Notes: generated from the sequence alone by a model not told the origin. Counted from the first letter of the stretch, positions 20,764 to 30,915 are shown. The stretch is 64,000 nt of DNA from Longimicrobiales bacterium (GCA_965249725.1 CBDFMQ010000002.1:1312001-1376000), one strand, 5' to 3'. Translations and numbers: made by a program.

Positions 20764-21141
20764 TCAGTTGCTGCTTCCGTCGTCGCCGGGTGGGTCGGCG
20801 GCCTCGCCGGGCGCGGCTTCCCCACTCTGATCGAGCGTCGGCAGAATCGGCTGTGCCGCCGGAGCCGTCGGCTGCGCGTCCTGGCGTAGAATGGACTCCG
20901 GCTGCTGCGCCCGAGAGGACATGATGGACAGGACCAGTGCCAACAGCATGAAGACGGATCCCGTGGTCCAGGTGGCTCGGGTCAAGACGGTCGTGGCCTG
21001 TCGGCCGCCGAGGACTCCATCGGTCGCTGCGGCTCCTCCACCCATAGCCGCAAGACCGCCGCCCTTCCCCGATTGGAGTAGGACTACGACGCTGAGAAGA
21101 ATCCCGTCGAGTATCAGAAGCGCGAGCAATAAACCGAACAT
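20764..21141 (-). CDS. secG: Preprotein translocase subunit SecG
   Basis: VLLQSGKGGGLA..GG, two TM segments, follows tpiA. Confidence 0.93.
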   Translation of the reverse strand: MFGLLLALLILDGILLSVVVLLQSGKGGGLAAMGGGAAATDGVLGGRQATTVLTRATWTTGSVFMLLALVLSIMSSRAQQPESILRQDAQPTAPAAQPILPTLDQSGEAAPGEAADPPGDDGSSN

Positions 21142-21222
21142 ATTCGCATAGCCGAGAGGGTGTAGAATAGCGGATAAACGTCGCCGTGCAGCTCGCGGGT
21201 GTCAACCCGAAAACCCTTGCAG

Positions 21223-21972
21223 TCAGCCAGCTTCCGCGATCGCGGCGAACGATGCCGCGTCCAGGCTGGCACCGCCCACCAAAACTCCATCCACATCCGA
21301 CGCAGCCAACAGTTCCGCGACGTTGGAAGGCTTCACGCTGCCGCCGTACAGAACAGGGACTTCCGCTGCTCCATCCGATCCGACAACCTCGCTCAAACGG
21401 CCTCGGAGGGTCCCATGAGCCGCGGCGGCGTCGGCCGAGGTCGCAGTCTCACCCGTTCCGATGGCCCAGACCGGCTCATAGGCCAAAAGGAACGTCGCCC
21501 CTCCGTCGGGTAGCGCCGAAAGAGCAGCGTCCAGCTGACGGACGATGACCTCGTCGACCCGGCCCGCCTGGCGCTCCTCAAGGGTCTCTCCGACGCACAC
21601 CACCGGGATGAGCCCCTCACCGAGCGCCGCCGACACCTTCCTGCCCACCTCCTCATCCGTCTCACCGAACACGTGTCGCCGCTCCGAGTGACCCACCAGC
21701 GCATAACGCGCCCCGGCCACCAGAGCCATTCCGGCCGAGTGCTCGCCCGTATAGGCCCCCTTGGGCTCCCAGTGAATGTTCTGGATCCCCAACGCCACCT
21801 CGGGTCGGCCCTTCCGGGACTCCGCCGCTGCCGAGAGGGATATCGCGGGTGGGAAAATCAGAATGGTCGGCTGTGGCTCCCCGAGCTCCGGCGCAAACTC
21901 GTGGAAGAACTCCCGAGTCGCCGAGGGACCATGGTGCATCTTCCAATTCCCTGCAATCACCTTTGGTCTCAC
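21223..21972 (-). CDS. tpiA: Triosephosphate isomerase
   Basis: AGNWKM, GHSERR, AYEPVWAIGTG and VGGASL; GTG start 21972. Confidence 0.97.
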   Translation of the reverse strand: MRPKVIAGNWKMHHGPSATREFFHEFAPELGEPQPTILIFPPAISLSAAAESRKGRPEVALGIQNIHWEPKGAYTGEHSAGMALVAGARYALVGHSERRHVFGETDEEVGRKVSAALGEGLIPVVCVGETLEERQAGRVDEVIVRQLDAALSALPDGGATFLLAYEPVWAIGTGETATSADAAAAHGTLRGRLSEVVGSDGAAEVPVLYGGSVKPSNVAELLAASDVDGVLVGGASLDAASFAAIAEAG

Positions 21973-21994
21973 TGGTCTTTCCCTGGAATGCGGT

Positions 21995-23206
21995 TCAAGT
22001 GCGGTCGGACAGTGCCTCGACGCCCGGTAGTTCCGAGCCGGACAGAAACTCGAGAGCGGCACCACCACCCGTAGAAACGTGCGTCATGCGGGAGGCGACC
22101 CCGGCCGCCTCGGCAGCCGCCGCCGAATCGCCCCCGCCCAGTACGACGACGGTTCCCGCGTCGGCGGCTCCGGCGGCCACGTGAGCCAGCTGGACCGTGC
22201 CAGCCTCGAACTCGGTCAGCTCGAACATCCCCATGGGGCCGTTCCACACCACCGTCCCCGCGCCGGTGACCTGGTCGGCAAACAGTCGAATCGATGCCGG
22301 TCCGATGTCCCCGATGCGATCCGCGGGATCGACGTCGGCACGAGGGACGACCCGAGTCGCGGTCCCTGCCGTCAACTGTGGTGCAGTCACGACATCGACG
22401 GGCAGCATGATCTTGTCACCGGCTCGAGTCATCAGGTCGCTTGCGACCTCAACCCGGTCCGGCTCTACGAGGGACTCGCCCACCTCGAGGCCGAGCGCCA
22501 AGAAGAACGTGTTGGCCATCGCCCCACCGATGAGCAATTGATCCACCGTCGGGAGCAGAGCCTCGATGACATCGATCTTCCCAGAGATCTTGGCTCCCCC
22601 GATCACTGCTACAAAGGGACGTGCCGGCTCGTCGAGGGCGTCACCGAGGAAGCGGAGCTCGGCCTCCATCAGGTAGCCGGCGACGGCGTCGCCGCCGGCA
22701 TCTCGCACGGCGTGTGCAACGCCCGTGGTCGACGCGTGGGCCCTGTGGGCACTGCCGAAGGCATCGTTGACGAACAACGTGGCTCCGAGCCGGAGTTCCT
22801 CGGCCCATGCACGGTCGTTTGCCGTGTCTTCTTCGTAGAAGCGGGTGTTCTCGAGTAGTAGAACGCCCCCGTCCCTGAGAGCCTCCACAGCCCCCCGGGC
22901 TTCGGGGCCGGTGGTCTCGGGACAGAACCCAACCGGACTCCCGAGTAGACTCTGGAGTTCACTCGCGACTCCTCGGAGTGAAAGCGTCGGAACAGACCGC
23001 CCCTTCGGACGCCCCAGGTGCGAGAGCAGCACCACCCTCGCCCCGTTCTCCAGGAGGTGACGAAGCGTCGGAAGCGTCCGTTCGAGACGCGTCTGGTCGG
23101 TGACCCCGCCTTCATCGTCCAGCGGCACATTGTAGTCGACACGCACGACCACAAGTCGGCCCGCAAGCGATTCAGGAGGAAGGTTTTGGAGGGTTTTCTT
23201 GGCCAT
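21995..23206 (-). CDS. pgk: Phosphoglycerate kinase
   Basis: RVDYNVP, SHLGRP, NDAFGSAHRAH and HVSTGGGA motifs. Confidence 0.97.
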   Translation of the reverse strand: MAKKTLQNLPPESLAGRLVVVRVDYNVPLDDEGGVTDQTRLERTLPTLRHLLENGARVVLLSHLGRPKGRSVPTLSLRGVASELQSLLGSPVGFCPETTGPEARGAVEALRDGGVLLLENTRFYEEDTANDRAWAEELRLGATLFVNDAFGSAHRAHASTTGVAHAVRDAGGDAVAGYLMEAELRFLGDALDEPARPFVAVIGGAKISGKIDVIEALLPTVDQLLIGGAMANTFFLALGLEVGESLVEPDRVEVASDLMTRAGDKIMLPVDVVTAPQLTAGTATRVVPRADVDPADRIGDIGPASIRLFADQVTGAGTVVWNGPMGMFELTEFEAGTVQLAHVAAGAADAGTVVVLGGGDSAAAAEAAGVASRMTHVSTGGGAALEFLSGSELPGVEALSDRT

Positions 23207-23252
23207 CAGGTCCGGAAAATACAGAAGCTCCCCCGAGATGGCCACCGAGGAA

Positions 23253-26063
23253 CTACCGGACGGTCAGACTCCTTCTCGACCGCACCGGTTCCAACGAGCG
23301 CGGCAGGGTGGCCACGATCTCGAGCGCATAGTCACCGGGCTCTAGGTCGGTCAGGTCCACCGTCACGTACTCAGTGACACCAACCGTCGCGTCGCTCCTC
23401 CGCCTCCACGTGGTTCGGAACTCACGGGCTCCGGCAGGAGAGACGTAGAGCGGAACTCGAGACCCGTCCTCAGACACCAGATTGGCCTGCACGCTGTAGC
23501 TGGATTCGTCGGCGGGAAGGTCATACAACTCGAACATGACTCCGACGGTCGCGTCGTCACTGATCGGCTGGCCAAGCGGCGATACCCACGGCGCTGTACG
23601 CCGCACCTCCGAGGGCTCGGGGCTCCCAGCTTCGACAAGGAGCAGCTCCGAAATCCGAGGATCCCCTCCCGCCAAGGTCGCGAGGCCTACAGGCTCCCGA
23701 AGAGCCGCCAAGAAGCCGAGCCGGTCGTCGTAGATCTCGACGACGACCTGTCTGGCGTCGGATCCCGCCCACGTCCTGAGTCCGAGATGTCCCTGAGCCG
23801 CCGCTACGAGCTGTCTCGACGAGCTCACAACCTGCTCATTCTCACCGAGCAGGAAGATCGACACATGTAAGGAGTCGCTCGGCCCTCCGAACATCTTCGC
23901 CGGGACCGCAGAGTGAACTTCGACCTCCAGCCCTCCCCTGGGCATGCGGAACTGACTCACCAAGCCGGGAAGATCACGGACCTCTCTGTGGGCCACACTT
24001 CCGTACCGGTCCGGCAGGATGTCCTTCAGGCTCCGGAGATACGCCGCACTCTCGGGCGTCAGGTCCATGTGCCTGGAGGTAGCCGGGCGTCGGAACGTCA
24101 CGTTCGAGCCCGTCCCATAATCCCAAAAGACAGTTCTGAGGTCCGCCCCCTGCCCCATCGTACGGACGACGGTCGGAGACCCGTACCGCAGCAGCACCTC
24201 GGCAGCCTCGGAATCGAGATCTCCGAGGCGGAGAATGGCGTAAGCGGCTCTCGCGAAGTGCTCCGCCTCACGCTCATTCACTTCAGTCGTCAGGATGGGA
24301 TCGCGAGTGCCCCAGAATGCGTTCTCCGTCTCCAGGCGCCGGGCATCGCTCATAGCCGCATAGGCGCTCACTCGGCTCAACGGCAGCAGCGCCCCGATAT
24401 CCCTGAGACGTTGCGCCTCGACCGCAGGGAGCGCGTCGAGTGCTACTCGGAAGCGCTCCATCGCCTCTTCGGGATAACCGAGACGTTGGAGTGCGAGCCC
24501 GGAAAGCAACATCCCGTGTGGGTTGCCCCGAGACTTCCATATGAACCGCTGGGACTCCTTGAGGAGATCTCCCCAGCGGCCACGATCGGCGTAGTCCAGT
24601 AGGAGCTCGATATTCGCGCCGGGATGGCTCGGCACGGCCTCCACAGCAGCGGAGAGGGAGCGAAGCACGTCGTCCCGACTCTCTCCTGCGGCCGGTCGCG
24701 TCTCCTCGAAGCCCTGGGTCATGACCTCACGGAATTCAGTCGGACACAGGTTGTTCAGTCCCATGAGCGGCTCTGCCGATGCGTAGCGGGTGTCGGCATA
24801 TCCGGAAGCGACCCGGCAGTCGATGCTCTTCAGGTCCGATGTGGCGATGCGCCCGAGATGCTCCCAGGCCAGCCATTGCTCCTGAACGATCGTCCCATGC
24901 TCGTAGTGGAGTTCGGCCCGGAAGGCAGGCGAAACGTCATGGCTATTGGCTTCCGCACGCAGGATTCCGTCCGCGTAGAGCCGCCTCGACTCGTCACGAA
25001 GTCCCTGCTTCCTTCGGATCCGGGCCAAGGCAAGCGCCGGGGCCGGGTTCCAGGGTGACGAGCGCATGGCAGCTTCCAATGCCTCTGCCACGTCGCTTCG
25101 CCACTGCGTGAGGCCGAACCCCAGCGGAGGCTCACCCTCCAGGACCGCCCCCAGGTTCTCCAGCGGGCCGCCCGTCTCGATCGCACCGTCCAACGCCTCG
25201 CGAAGAAGTTCCCGTCCCTCGAACAAGGTCGGTGGCGGTGTCAGGTATTCGCCGGGGAACAGCTCTTCCGAGAACTCAAACCCCATGCTCTCCGGCGGAG
25301 CCGGCGTGGCAATCGGCGACGGAGGCGAAGGAGCAGGGCTGTCCTCCGAAGGCTCGAAAGCCAGGTCGAAGTTGACCCAAGTCCCCACCGGCACTCCGAA
25401 ACGCCTGGCCGGGTCGAACCGGAGGTTCGGAGCCATATCGAGAGCGACTCGATCGAACGCCGATACGCCGGATCCCCTCTCGATCTGCGCCTGCTCCACC
25501 GTCCCGTCCGACGCTACCCACAGGCGCAGCGTCACCAGGCCTCCGATGCCCGCTTCCTGTAGCACGATAGGATACTGACTCCGAATCGTCCTCTCCGCCC
25601 TATCCCTGTCGAGCAGCTCCGGATAGGTGTTGTCCGGAAAATCGAACGAGACTTCCGTCCCAAAGTCCGGCACACTCGGAACGGCCGCCCCTTCCGCCGA
25701 GTCATCGCTAGACACCGTGACGGGTCCCGGCTCCGGAAGGATCACATCCGGCAGGGTCACCGGTTCTTCGACCGGCTCAGGCTCGGCGGGCTGACTCCAC
25801 GGAAGGAGCCTTGCGAGACCGGCTCGGGCCTGAGGTGCAGCAACACTGACGAGCAGCAGGGCTCCGATGGCAGCCGCCATCGCATGGCGGATACGGAAGC
25901 CGGCCCTCGGCGCGGGGCTGATCCACGCGTTCTCCAATTCCGCCTGCAGCTCGGGGGCGAACGAGGGCCGCTCTTCGATCAAGATCGAGGAGAGCTCCGC
26001 GTCCAGCTCCGCCAGCTCAGGCGGAAGCGGGAGTCCGGATAGATCGTTGGGGCGGTCAGTCAT
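23253..26063 (-). CDS. Multidomain putative anti-sigma factor: short cytoplasmic N-term, TM, TonB C-terminal domain, TPR-like region, degenerate GWxTD-like domain, C-terminal Ig-like region
   Basis: YPIVLQEAGIGGLVTLRLWVASDGTV...SGVSAFDRVAL...FDPA (TonB_C); FWGTRDPILTTEVNEREAEHFARAAYA...RYGSP (GWxTD-like); directly downstream of the ECF sigma gene. Confidence 0.7.
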   Translation of the reverse strand: MTDRPNDLSGLPLPPELAELDAELSSILIEERPSFAPELQAELENAWISPAPRAGFRIRHAMAAAIGALLLVSVAAPQARAGLARLLPWSQPAEPEPVEEPVTLPDVILPEPGPVTVSSDDSAEGAAVPSVPDFGTEVSFDFPDNTYPELLDRDRAERTIRSQYPIVLQEAGIGGLVTLRLWVASDGTVEQAQIERGSGVSAFDRVALDMAPNLRFDPARRFGVPVGTWVNFDLAFEPSEDSPAPSPPSPIATPAPPESMGFEFSEELFPGEYLTPPPTLFEGRELLREALDGAIETGGPLENLGAVLEGEPPLGFGLTQWRSDVAEALEAAMRSSPWNPAPALALARIRRKQGLRDESRRLYADGILRAEANSHDVSPAFRAELHYEHGTIVQEQWLAWEHLGRIATSDLKSIDCRVASGYADTRYASAEPLMGLNNLCPTEFREVMTQGFEETRPAAGESRDDVLRSLSAAVEAVPSHPGANIELLLDYADRGRWGDLLKESQRFIWKSRGNPHGMLLSGLALQRLGYPEEAMERFRVALDALPAVEAQRLRDIGALLPLSRVSAYAAMSDARRLETENAFWGTRDPILTTEVNEREAEHFARAAYAILRLGDLDSEAAEVLLRYGSPTVVRTMGQGADLRTVFWDYGTGSNVTFRRPATSRHMDLTPESAAYLRSLKDILPDRYGSVAHREVRDLPGLVSQFRMPRGGLEVEVHSAVPAKMFGGPSDSLHVSIFLLGENEQVVSSSRQLVAAAQGHLGLRTWAGSDARQVVVEIYDDRLGFLAALREPVGLATLAGGDPRISELLLVEAGSPEPSEVRRTAPWVSPLGQPISDDATVGVMFELYDLPADESSYSVQANLVSEDGSRVPLYVSPAGAREFRTTWRRRSDATVGVTEYVTVDLTDLEPGDYALEIVATLPRSLEPVRSRRSLTVR

Positions 26064-26083
26064 CTATGTAGAATCCTTCTCGT

Positions 26084-26692
26084 TTACTCGCGTTCGTCGG
26101 CGACGGCTTCCTTGAGGCGCTTCAGCGCCCTGTGGAGCCGAACGGCCACAGCGTTGGGACTTATGTCGAGCGAGGACGCGATTTCGCTATTGTCCAAGCC
26201 CGCTCCGTATCGGAGCGATAGAATCTCCTGGTCCGCTGCACGCAGGGTCTGGGTTCCGTTCAGTAGGGCTTGAATCCGCTCCTGCTTCAGCACCCGCTCC
26301 TCTTGCGACGGGATCTGAGCCACCAGGTCGGGAACCCGATCCAAGGAGACGTGCAGAGAGCCGCGACGCTTGAGAGACCGGAGATGATCGGTCACCGCGT
26401 TCCGAGCGATCCTGAGCAGCCACGTGCGTGGAGCCGCCCTTGTCGGGTCGTACCGGTGGATCGACCGGAGCGCCTTCATGAAGACCTGTGACGTCACGTC
26501 TTCCGCGGTCTCGCGGGTCGCAACGCGGAAGCGGACGTACCGATAGACCGTCGGCCTATGATCGGTATACCACCCCCCGAAATCCGGCGGGAGCTGGGAT
26601 GGCTTTGCCCCAGGCGCTGCAGGCGCCATAGGCGCCTCCGGCATGACCGGTGACGCCTCGACCAGATCTTCAAGCTGTTGCCGTGTTTTCAT
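26084..26692 (-). CDS. ECF sigma-70 family sigma factor
   Basis: AEDVTSQVFMKAL..RTWLLRIARN and EIASSLDISPNAVAVRLHRAL. Confidence 0.93.
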   Translation of the reverse strand: MKTRQQLEDLVEASPVMPEAPMAPAAPGAKPSQLPPDFGGWYTDHRPTVYRYVRFRVATRETAEDVTSQVFMKALRSIHRYDPTRAAPRTWLLRIARNAVTDHLRSLKRRGSLHVSLDRVPDLVAQIPSQEERVLKQERIQALLNGTQTLRAADQEILSLRYGAGLDNSEIASSLDISPNAVAVRLHRALKRLKEAVADERE

Positions 26693-26701
26693 CGCTTACA
26701 G

Positions 26702-26728
26702 ATACGGACCCTTCCCCCCGCCATTACA
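26702..26728 (-). promoter_or_regulatory. Putative ECF-type autoregulatory promoter
   Basis: Minus strand TGTAAT-N16-CGTAT, 9 nt before the ATG of the ECF gene; resembles the typical ECF -35 (G)TAA(C) and -10 CGT elements. Confidence 0.5.
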
Positions 26729-26820
26729 CCCCGGCGGCGATAGTTAAGCCACTGCCCCAAAAGACTTTGTTCCCCCTCGAGCCTCAGTGGTTCCCCATCG
26801 TAGTCCCCAATCGTCGGTCC

Positions 26821-27069
26821 CTAGTGGGCTTCCCCCGTACCCTCGTCTACCACGACCCGCACCGCAGCCTTCTCCTGAGTGGCACTGCCGGCGCTCAGTT
26901 CGAGGACGGTCTCGCAGTGTCCGCAATTCACCCGTCGGGCCGTGCCTAGATCCAGGGAAGTACCATCGCTGTGCCCGCACACCGGACACGCATATGAAAA
27001 CCACTGTTCGGAAGTGTCAGGCTTGCCGCCCTGTCGGTCCGGTGACCCGGGCAGAGATGCGGAGCCCAT
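26821..27069 (-). CDS. Small zinc-ribbon protein (CPVC...CGHC), 82 aa
   Basis: ATG 27069 lies 2 nt after the gap stop with a GAGGG RBS; contains two CxxC pairs. Confidence 0.6.
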   Translation of the reverse strand: MGSASLPGSPDRQGGKPDTSEQWFSYACPVCGHSDGTSLDLGTARRVNCGHCETVLELSAGSATQEKAAVRVVVDEGTGEAH

Positions 27070-27071
27070 CG

Positions 27072-28100
27072 TTATCCCTCTACCGAAGCCGGAAGGCGCT
27101 CCCCCACATACCGCACGAGGTCCACCACCCTCTCCGAGTAGCCCCACTCGTTGTCGTACCAGGAAAGGACCTTGACCATACGTCCCTCGATGACGCTGGT
27201 GCTGAGTCCATCCACGATGGAGCTGTGAGGATTGCCAGTGAAGTCGATCGAAACCAACGGCTCGTCACTGACGGCCAGAATGCCGGCCAACGGCCCGTCG
27301 GCAGCGGCACGAAACGCCTGGTTGATGTCCTCGGCCGTCGCATCCGTGCCGAGTGTGGCCACGAGGTCGACGATCGACACGTCGGGGGTCGGCACCCGTA
27401 TGGCCATCCCGTCGATCTTGCCTTCCACCTCGGGGATCACCAGAGAGGTCGCCTTGGCGGCTCCCGTCGTCGTGGGAATCATCGATAGAGCCGCGGCCCG
27501 CGCCCGCCGCTTGTCCGAGTGGGGCACATCGAGAAGAGCCTGATCGTTAGTGTAGGCGTGGATCGTCGTCATCAGGCCCCGTTCGAAGCCGAACGAATCC
27601 ATGAGGACCTTAACCACCGGGGCCAGACAATTCGTCGTACAACTCGCGTTCGAGATGACGTCGTGGTTCTCGGGATCGTAGGCCTCATGGTTCACACCGA
27701 GCACCACCGTGATGTCCTCGTTCTTGCCCGGTGCGCTGATGATGACCTTCTTGGCGCCGGCCTCCAGATGCTTCGCCGCCTGATCGCGGCTCCGGAAGAA
27801 GCCCGTGGATTCCACGACGATGTCGATGCCGAGTTCACGCCAAGGGAGGTTCGCCGGATCGCGCTGCGAAAAGACCTTGAGGTCATCGCCGTCGACCGTA
27901 AGTCCATCGGGGCTGACGGCGACATCGCCCGGGTAGGCACCGTGGACCGAATCGTACTTGAGGAGGTGGGCAAGCATGTCGTTGTCCGTGAGATCATTCA
28001 CGGCAACGAATTCGATGTCCGAGGCTCCCGACTTCTTCGCCGACCGGAGGACGTTGCGACCGATTCGACCAAATCCATTGATGGCTACGCGGATGGACAT
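27072..28100 (-). CDS. gap: Glyceraldehyde-3-phosphate dehydrogenase type I
   Basis: [21 protein letters not shown] and WYDNEWGY motifs. Confidence 0.98.
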   Translation of the reverse strand: MSIRVAINGFGRIGRNVLRSAKKSGASDIEFVAVNDLTDNDMLAHLLKYDSVHGAYPGDVAVSPDGLTVDGDDLKVFSQRDPANLPWRELGIDIVVESTGFFRSRDQAAKHLEAGAKKVIISAPGKNEDITVVLGVNHEAYDPENHDVISNASCTTNCLAPVVKVLMDSFGFERGLMTTIHAYTNDQALLDVPHSDKRRARAAALSMIPTTTGAAKATSLVIPEVEGKIDGMAIRVPTPDVSIVDLVATLGTDATAEDINQAFRAAADGPLAGILAVSDEPLVSIDFTGNPHSSIVDGLSTSVIEGRMVKVLSWYDNEWGYSERVVDLVRYVGERLPASVEG

Positions 28101-28130
28101 CCACTCGCCTCCCATTGATATCTGTTTGTG

Positions 28131-28871
28131 TTAAACAAAAGGACAGGCCCGGGCAAAGGTCGACAGAAAGACCTCGGTGGCGCCTGCCTGAACGAGCGCC
28201 CGGGCAGCCGCCTCCGCAGTGGCGCCGGTGGTCAGAACGTCATCCACGAGCAACACTCGAACGCCGGACAGCCCCGCTACGGCTTCCTCCCTTGCTACAA
28301 AGGCGTTCCTGACGTTAGCCCGGCGCTGAGCCGGGTGCAACCCGACCTGGGTGGGGCCTCCGCGACGACGTTCGAGGGCCTCGCGAACGGGTTGGTCGAC
28401 CCCGTCAGACACCGTCCGGGCGAGTAACTCAGCCTGGTTGTAGCCTCTCGATCGGAGGCGCCGTTTGGTGGTGGGGACCGGTACGATCACGTAGGGGCCG
28501 ACGGTGAGGTCGGGAGGTATGGCGGTACGGACCATGCGGCGCCCCATGAGTTCCGCCAGACCGGTCCATCCACCGTACTTGAGCCCGTGGACCAACTCGT
28601 CCGCGGGCGGTCGAAGTACCACCGCCGAACGGGCGCCCATCAACTCGGCCCCCCAGTCTGCACACTCGAAGCACCTCGGGCCAGGCTCCGAACCCGACCC
28701 TATGGCGAATCCGCAGCGATGGCACCGCGGCCAGGCGGGCTCTTTGAGCCGGGTGCGGCAGCCGGCGCACACCAGCGAGGCGCCGCCCAGAGAGAGGTGA
28801 TCACCGCATCCCAGGCACGCGGCCGGCAAGAAGAAGTCCAACAGCTCACGGGCTAGGCTACCGTCGATCAT
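28131..28871 (-). CDS. comF: ComF family protein (double zinc ribbon + PRTase)
   Basis: CxxC repeats, RGYNQAELL and LLVDDVLTTGAT. Confidence 0.9.
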   Translation of the reverse strand: MIDGSLARELLDFFLPAACLGCGDHLSLGGASLVCAGCRTRLKEPAWPRCHRCGFAIGSGSEPGPRCFECADWGAELMGARSAVVLRPPADELVHGLKYGGWTGLAELMGRRMVRTAIPPDLTVGPYVIVPVPTTKRRLRSRGYNQAELLARTVSDGVDQPVREALERRRGGPTQVGLHPAQRRANVRNAFVAREEAVAGLSGVRVLLVDDVLTTGATAEAAARALVQAGATEVFLSTFARACPFV

Positions 28872-28902
28872 CCCGAGATCCAGGCCCGCCGGGAAGCTTG
28901 AC

Positions 28903-29754
28903 TCACTCCGGCGTGCGACGCGTCCGGGCTGCCGCCAGTGCGCTTCTCATGGCGTCGACGGGACCGGGGTCGCCCCACCATTTCTCGAAGGCCACGGCTC
29001 CCTGCTGCACGAGCATCTCTCCGCCATCCACTGCCCGGATCCCCAAGCGTTCGGCCGACTCGACGAACGGGGTGGTGGCCGGGCCATAGACCAGGTCCAT
29101 GACCGCACCGGCCCTCGCCAGGCGACCCAGGTCTACCGGGAGCTTGTCCCGTGGAGAGAGGCCGAGTCGCGTCGCGTTCACCACCAGATCGAAGACGCCG
29201 TCGTCAACGGCCTGACGAGCCTCGGCTACGCGCACACGTTCTCCACCGATACGGCGAGCGACGGCCCGGGCACGCTCGGTGGAGCGATTCAGAAGGAGTA
29301 CGTCCTCGACCCCGTCGTCGAGAAGCGCGACGAGGGTGGCGCGCGCCGCACCTCCCGCCCCTAGAACCAGCACCCGGAATCCCTCCGGCGGTCTCTCGAG
29401 AAAGTGCCTCAGCGCTCGTCGAAAACCCTCGACGTCCGTGTTGTCGCCACAGACCCGTCCGTTCTCACCCCAGAACGTGTTGCATGCCCCGGTGCGCCTT
29501 ACCGCCTCGGACTGTTCATCTAGGAACGAGGCCGCTTTCTCCTTGTGTGGGAGGGTGATGTTCCCCCCCGCCCCCGCGCGCCCCAGACCGTGCATGAAAC
29601 CCACGAGGTCCGACGCGTCGCACCGGAGGGCGACATAGACACCATCCACGCCGGCCTCACGAAACGCCGCATTCTGGATCACCGGAGACAGCGAGTGATC
29701 CACCGGATCGCCCAGGAGTGCCAGTACTCGCGTGCTCGAGGTGAGCGATGTCAT
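28903..29754 (-). CDS. aroE: Shikimate dehydrogenase
   Basis: HSLSP, NITLPHK, GDNTD and LGAGGAAR motifs. Confidence 0.95.
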   Translation of the reverse strand: MTSLTSSTRVLALLGDPVDHSLSPVIQNAAFREAGVDGVYVALRCDASDLVGFMHGLGRAGAGGNITLPHKEKAASFLDEQSEAVRRTGACNTFWGENGRVCGDNTDVEGFRRALRHFLERPPEGFRVLVLGAGGAARATLVALLDDGVEDVLLLNRSTERARAVARRIGGERVRVAEARQAVDDGVFDLVVNATRLGLSPRDKLPVDLGRLARAGAVMDLVYGPATTPFVESAERLGIRAVDGGEMLVQQGAVAFEKWWGDPGPVDAMRSALAAARTRRTPE

Positions 29755-30254
29755 GAGTCGTTTCCCTGATTCGTGTCAGAGTCCTGATCGAGCCTCGCCA
29801 CGGCCGCCTCCACAAGCTCTTCCAGGACGCGGAAGCTGTCCCGATAGATATCGATATCGCCCGCGAAGGGATCGGGCACCCCCCACCCTTCTTCACCCTC
29901 CCGACCTTCGGCAAAGGCCGACAGCATCGCGGCCTTACCCGCGCCTCCGTGTTCCTCGACCGCCGCAAGATGATGGGCGCCCATCGTGAGCACGAGGTCA
30001 GCCCATTCGACCAACTCCTCGCTCAAGGTACTACTCTGATGCCCCGCCAGGTCGAGCCCCTGTTCCGCGGCGGCCCGGATCGCCCCTTCGCTCGCGGGAG
30101 AGCCTGAGAAGGCAGAGACACCTGCCGATCGAGTCTCGGCCGTGTCCCACCCTCTCCGCTCGAGTGTGCGCTCGGCAATGGCACCCGCCATCGGACTCCG
30201 ACACGTGTTGCCCGTACACACGAACAGGAGACGGAGGCGCGGCCGGTCACCCAT
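29751..30254 (-). CDS. Low molecular weight protein phosphatase, YwlE/PtpB-like (arginine phosphatase signature)
   Basis: P-loop VCTGNTCRSPMA and VPDPF; start at ATG 30254. Confidence 0.88.
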   Translation of the reverse strand: MGDRPRLRLLFVCTGNTCRSPMAGAIAERTLERRGWDTAETRSAGVSAFSGSPASEGAIRAAAEQGLDLAGHQSSTLSEELVEWADLVLTMGAHHLAAVEEHGGAGKAAMLSAFAEGREGEEGWGVPDPFAGDIDIYRDSFRVLEELVEAAVARLDQDSDTNQGNDS

Positions 30255-30915
30255 CGGGTGCCAATTCGATCTCGGGGAGGACGCATCGCACCCGACCGAC
30301 CGGCACGGTCCCCTGGCGCACGACCACGGGCGACCCCGCCGCACAGTCGATGATCGTGGACGGGGCAGATGCAGGGCGTGCTCCCCCGTCGAGCACCAAG
30401 AGCTCCTCTCCTAGTCCCAGGGACTGCCCCACCTCAACGGCGTGCTGAGCGTCGAGCGCCGGCGGTTCGCCCGGTGCGTTGGCACTGGTCGAGATCAAGG
30501 GGCCATCCAACCCCTCGACCAGAGCCTTGACCAACGGATGGGGGCTCACGCGGACCGCCACGGCCCCCGAGGCTCCACGGACTCCCGGTGGAAACCGGCC
30601 CTCCGGATCCGAGAGGATCAACGTGACGGACCCGGGCCAGAAGATCTCCGCCAACTGAGCGGCCTCATCGGTCCAGACCAGATCGTCTACCGTCTCCCGT
30701 CTCGGTATCAGCATGAGCATCGGCTTCTCGGATGTCCGGGCCTTGAGGGCCGAGAGCCTCTCCACCACATCGCGACTCGGGATGCCTCCCAACCCATATA
30801 CGGTCTCGGTCGGATAGGCCAGCAGACCGCCTCCACGCAGGTGGGCGAGGATGGGCGCAACGTCCAGATCGTCCCCGGGGATCGATCGAACGTCCAGTAG
30901 GCGTGGCCCGCTCAT
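30247..30915 (-). CDS. tsaC: L-threonylcarbamoyladenylate synthase (YrdC domain)
   Basis: YPTETVYGLG, K.R...KP, FWPG and STSAN motifs. Confidence 0.92.
   Translation of the reverse strand: MSGPRLLDVRSIPGDDLDVAPILAHLRGGGLLAYPTETVYGLGGIPSRDVVERLSALKARTSEKPMLMLIPRRETVDDLVWTDEAAQLAEIFWPGSVTLILSDPEGRFPPGVRGASGAVAVRVSPHPLVKALVEGLDGPLISTSANAPGEPPALDAQHAVEVGQSLGLGEELLVLDGGARPASAPSTIIDCAAGSPVVVRQGTVPVGRVRCVLPEIELAPDG

Noticed and set aside
21135..21147. CGAACATATTCG palindrome resembling a Gram-positive SOS box
   Set aside because: The spacing does not fit GAAC-N4-GTTC, and it overlaps the secG start codons, not a repair gene.
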